Positions 63,691 through 64,000 of a stretch of 64,000 nt of DNA are shown piece after piece. Source of the stretch: Candidatus Fermentibacteraceae bacterium. Its GTDB lineage: Bacteria > Fermentibacterota > Fermentibacteria > Fermentibacterales > JCC-6. The position numbers were made by a program, and so were the translations under genes. The notes under the pieces were generated by a model. It was not told the origin of the DNA, ran no database searches, and worked only from the letters and a program-made list of their open reading frames with translations. The stretch spans positions 1,077 to 65,076 of the forward strand of contig JAWLEP010000006.1 in NCBI GenBank assembly GCA_041686025.1, read 5' to 3'. How positions within the stretch are numbered: position 1 is the stretch's first letter; every line of letters starts with the position of its first letter.

Positions 63691-63724
63691 TTACACTGGC
63701 AGAAGGATATCGGAGGGGGGAGAA

Positions 63725-64000
63725 GTGGAGCACACGGCACGGAATATGAGTAATGCCATCGGACTGGTCCTCCTGCTGGCGGCGACGGCGGCTGCCGACC
63801 TGGACGTCTGGAAGCAGAGTGATCTTCAGGAGGTGTTTCCTCTGGGCGGCTCCCGGGGCCTGCGGCTGGTGACCATGAGCACCTTTGCGGGCTGGGGCCG
63901 TTACAGCTGGCTCGCCCTGGTGGCCGAGCGGTCGGCCATTCTCCCCGACAGCTTCTGCGTACAGGGAGATGCCTTGGTTTCCCCGGCGGACTACTCCGAC
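63725..64000 (+). CDS. Secreted hypothetical protein (3' end outside window)
   Basis: GTG 63725 lies 8 nt after GGAGG; the alternative start is ATG 63746. Signal-like NAIGLVLLLAATAAA. The frame is open to the window end. Confidence 0.4.
   Translation, partial: MEHTARNMSNAIGLVLLLAATAAADLDVWKQSDLQEVFPLGGSRGLRLVTMSTFAGWGRYSWLALVAERSAILPDSFCVQGDALVSPADYSD

Overview
This is a visibly GC-rich bacterial chromosomal segment; I did not compute the GC value. I count about 55 credible protein-coding genes on both strands. Many have strong GGAGG-type Shine-Dalgarno (SD) sites and 1-14 nt start/stop overlaps. I recognised no rRNA, tRNA, CRISPR array, transposase or integrase by eye.

The content fits an uncultured, probably anaerobic, diderm that uses type IX secretion (T9SS). 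Five secreted proteins end in the same T9SS/FlgD-Ig-like C-terminal sorting domain: an FG-GAP protein, a C25 gingipain-like peptidase, a beta-propeller protein, a ~900-aa CARDB/propeller protein and an M6 metalloprotease.

Housekeeping anchors are htpG, mraY, pyk, an Mla-type ABC system (STAS-MlaE, MlaF, MlaD, auxiliary lipoprotein), a NitT/TauT ABC importer, an ABC-2 exporter, TonB, a CPA2 antiporter with an EIIA(Ntr)-like partner, isoaspartyl peptidase, two hybrid histidine kinases and an RsbU/SpoIIE-type membrane phosphatase.

Most notable observations:
1. A two-gene operon pairs a Cys-free helical protein with a radical-SAM/SPASM enzyme. The enzyme has no canonical start codon and sits in frame behind the partner's TGA.
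2. Three genes (the radical-SAM enzyme, an outer-membrane-type protein and a flavodoxin-like reductase) have their expected N-terminus at an ATC or ATT codon rather than ATG/GTG/TTG.
3. A translationally coupled rhodanese plus EgtD-like methyltransferase pair matches the anaerobic ergothioneine pathway (EanB/EanA).
4. A divergent 9-gene glycan-phosphate cluster contains GT9, two TagF-like enzymes, LicD, a LicC-like enzyme, a sulfotransferase, an ATP-grasp protein, a DUF6165-like protein and an ArsC/LMW-PTP-like protein.
5. There are gene-decay scars: an msrA 3' relic and a UPF0280/COG1900 deletion chimera.
6. A 93-bp element with perfect 27-bp inverted repeats lies after htpG.
7. A textbook sigma70 promoter drives a 41-aa hydrophobic peptide head-on into the glycan operon.

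All family assignments come from reading motifs in the supplied translations against remembered family consensus. They are not computed searches.
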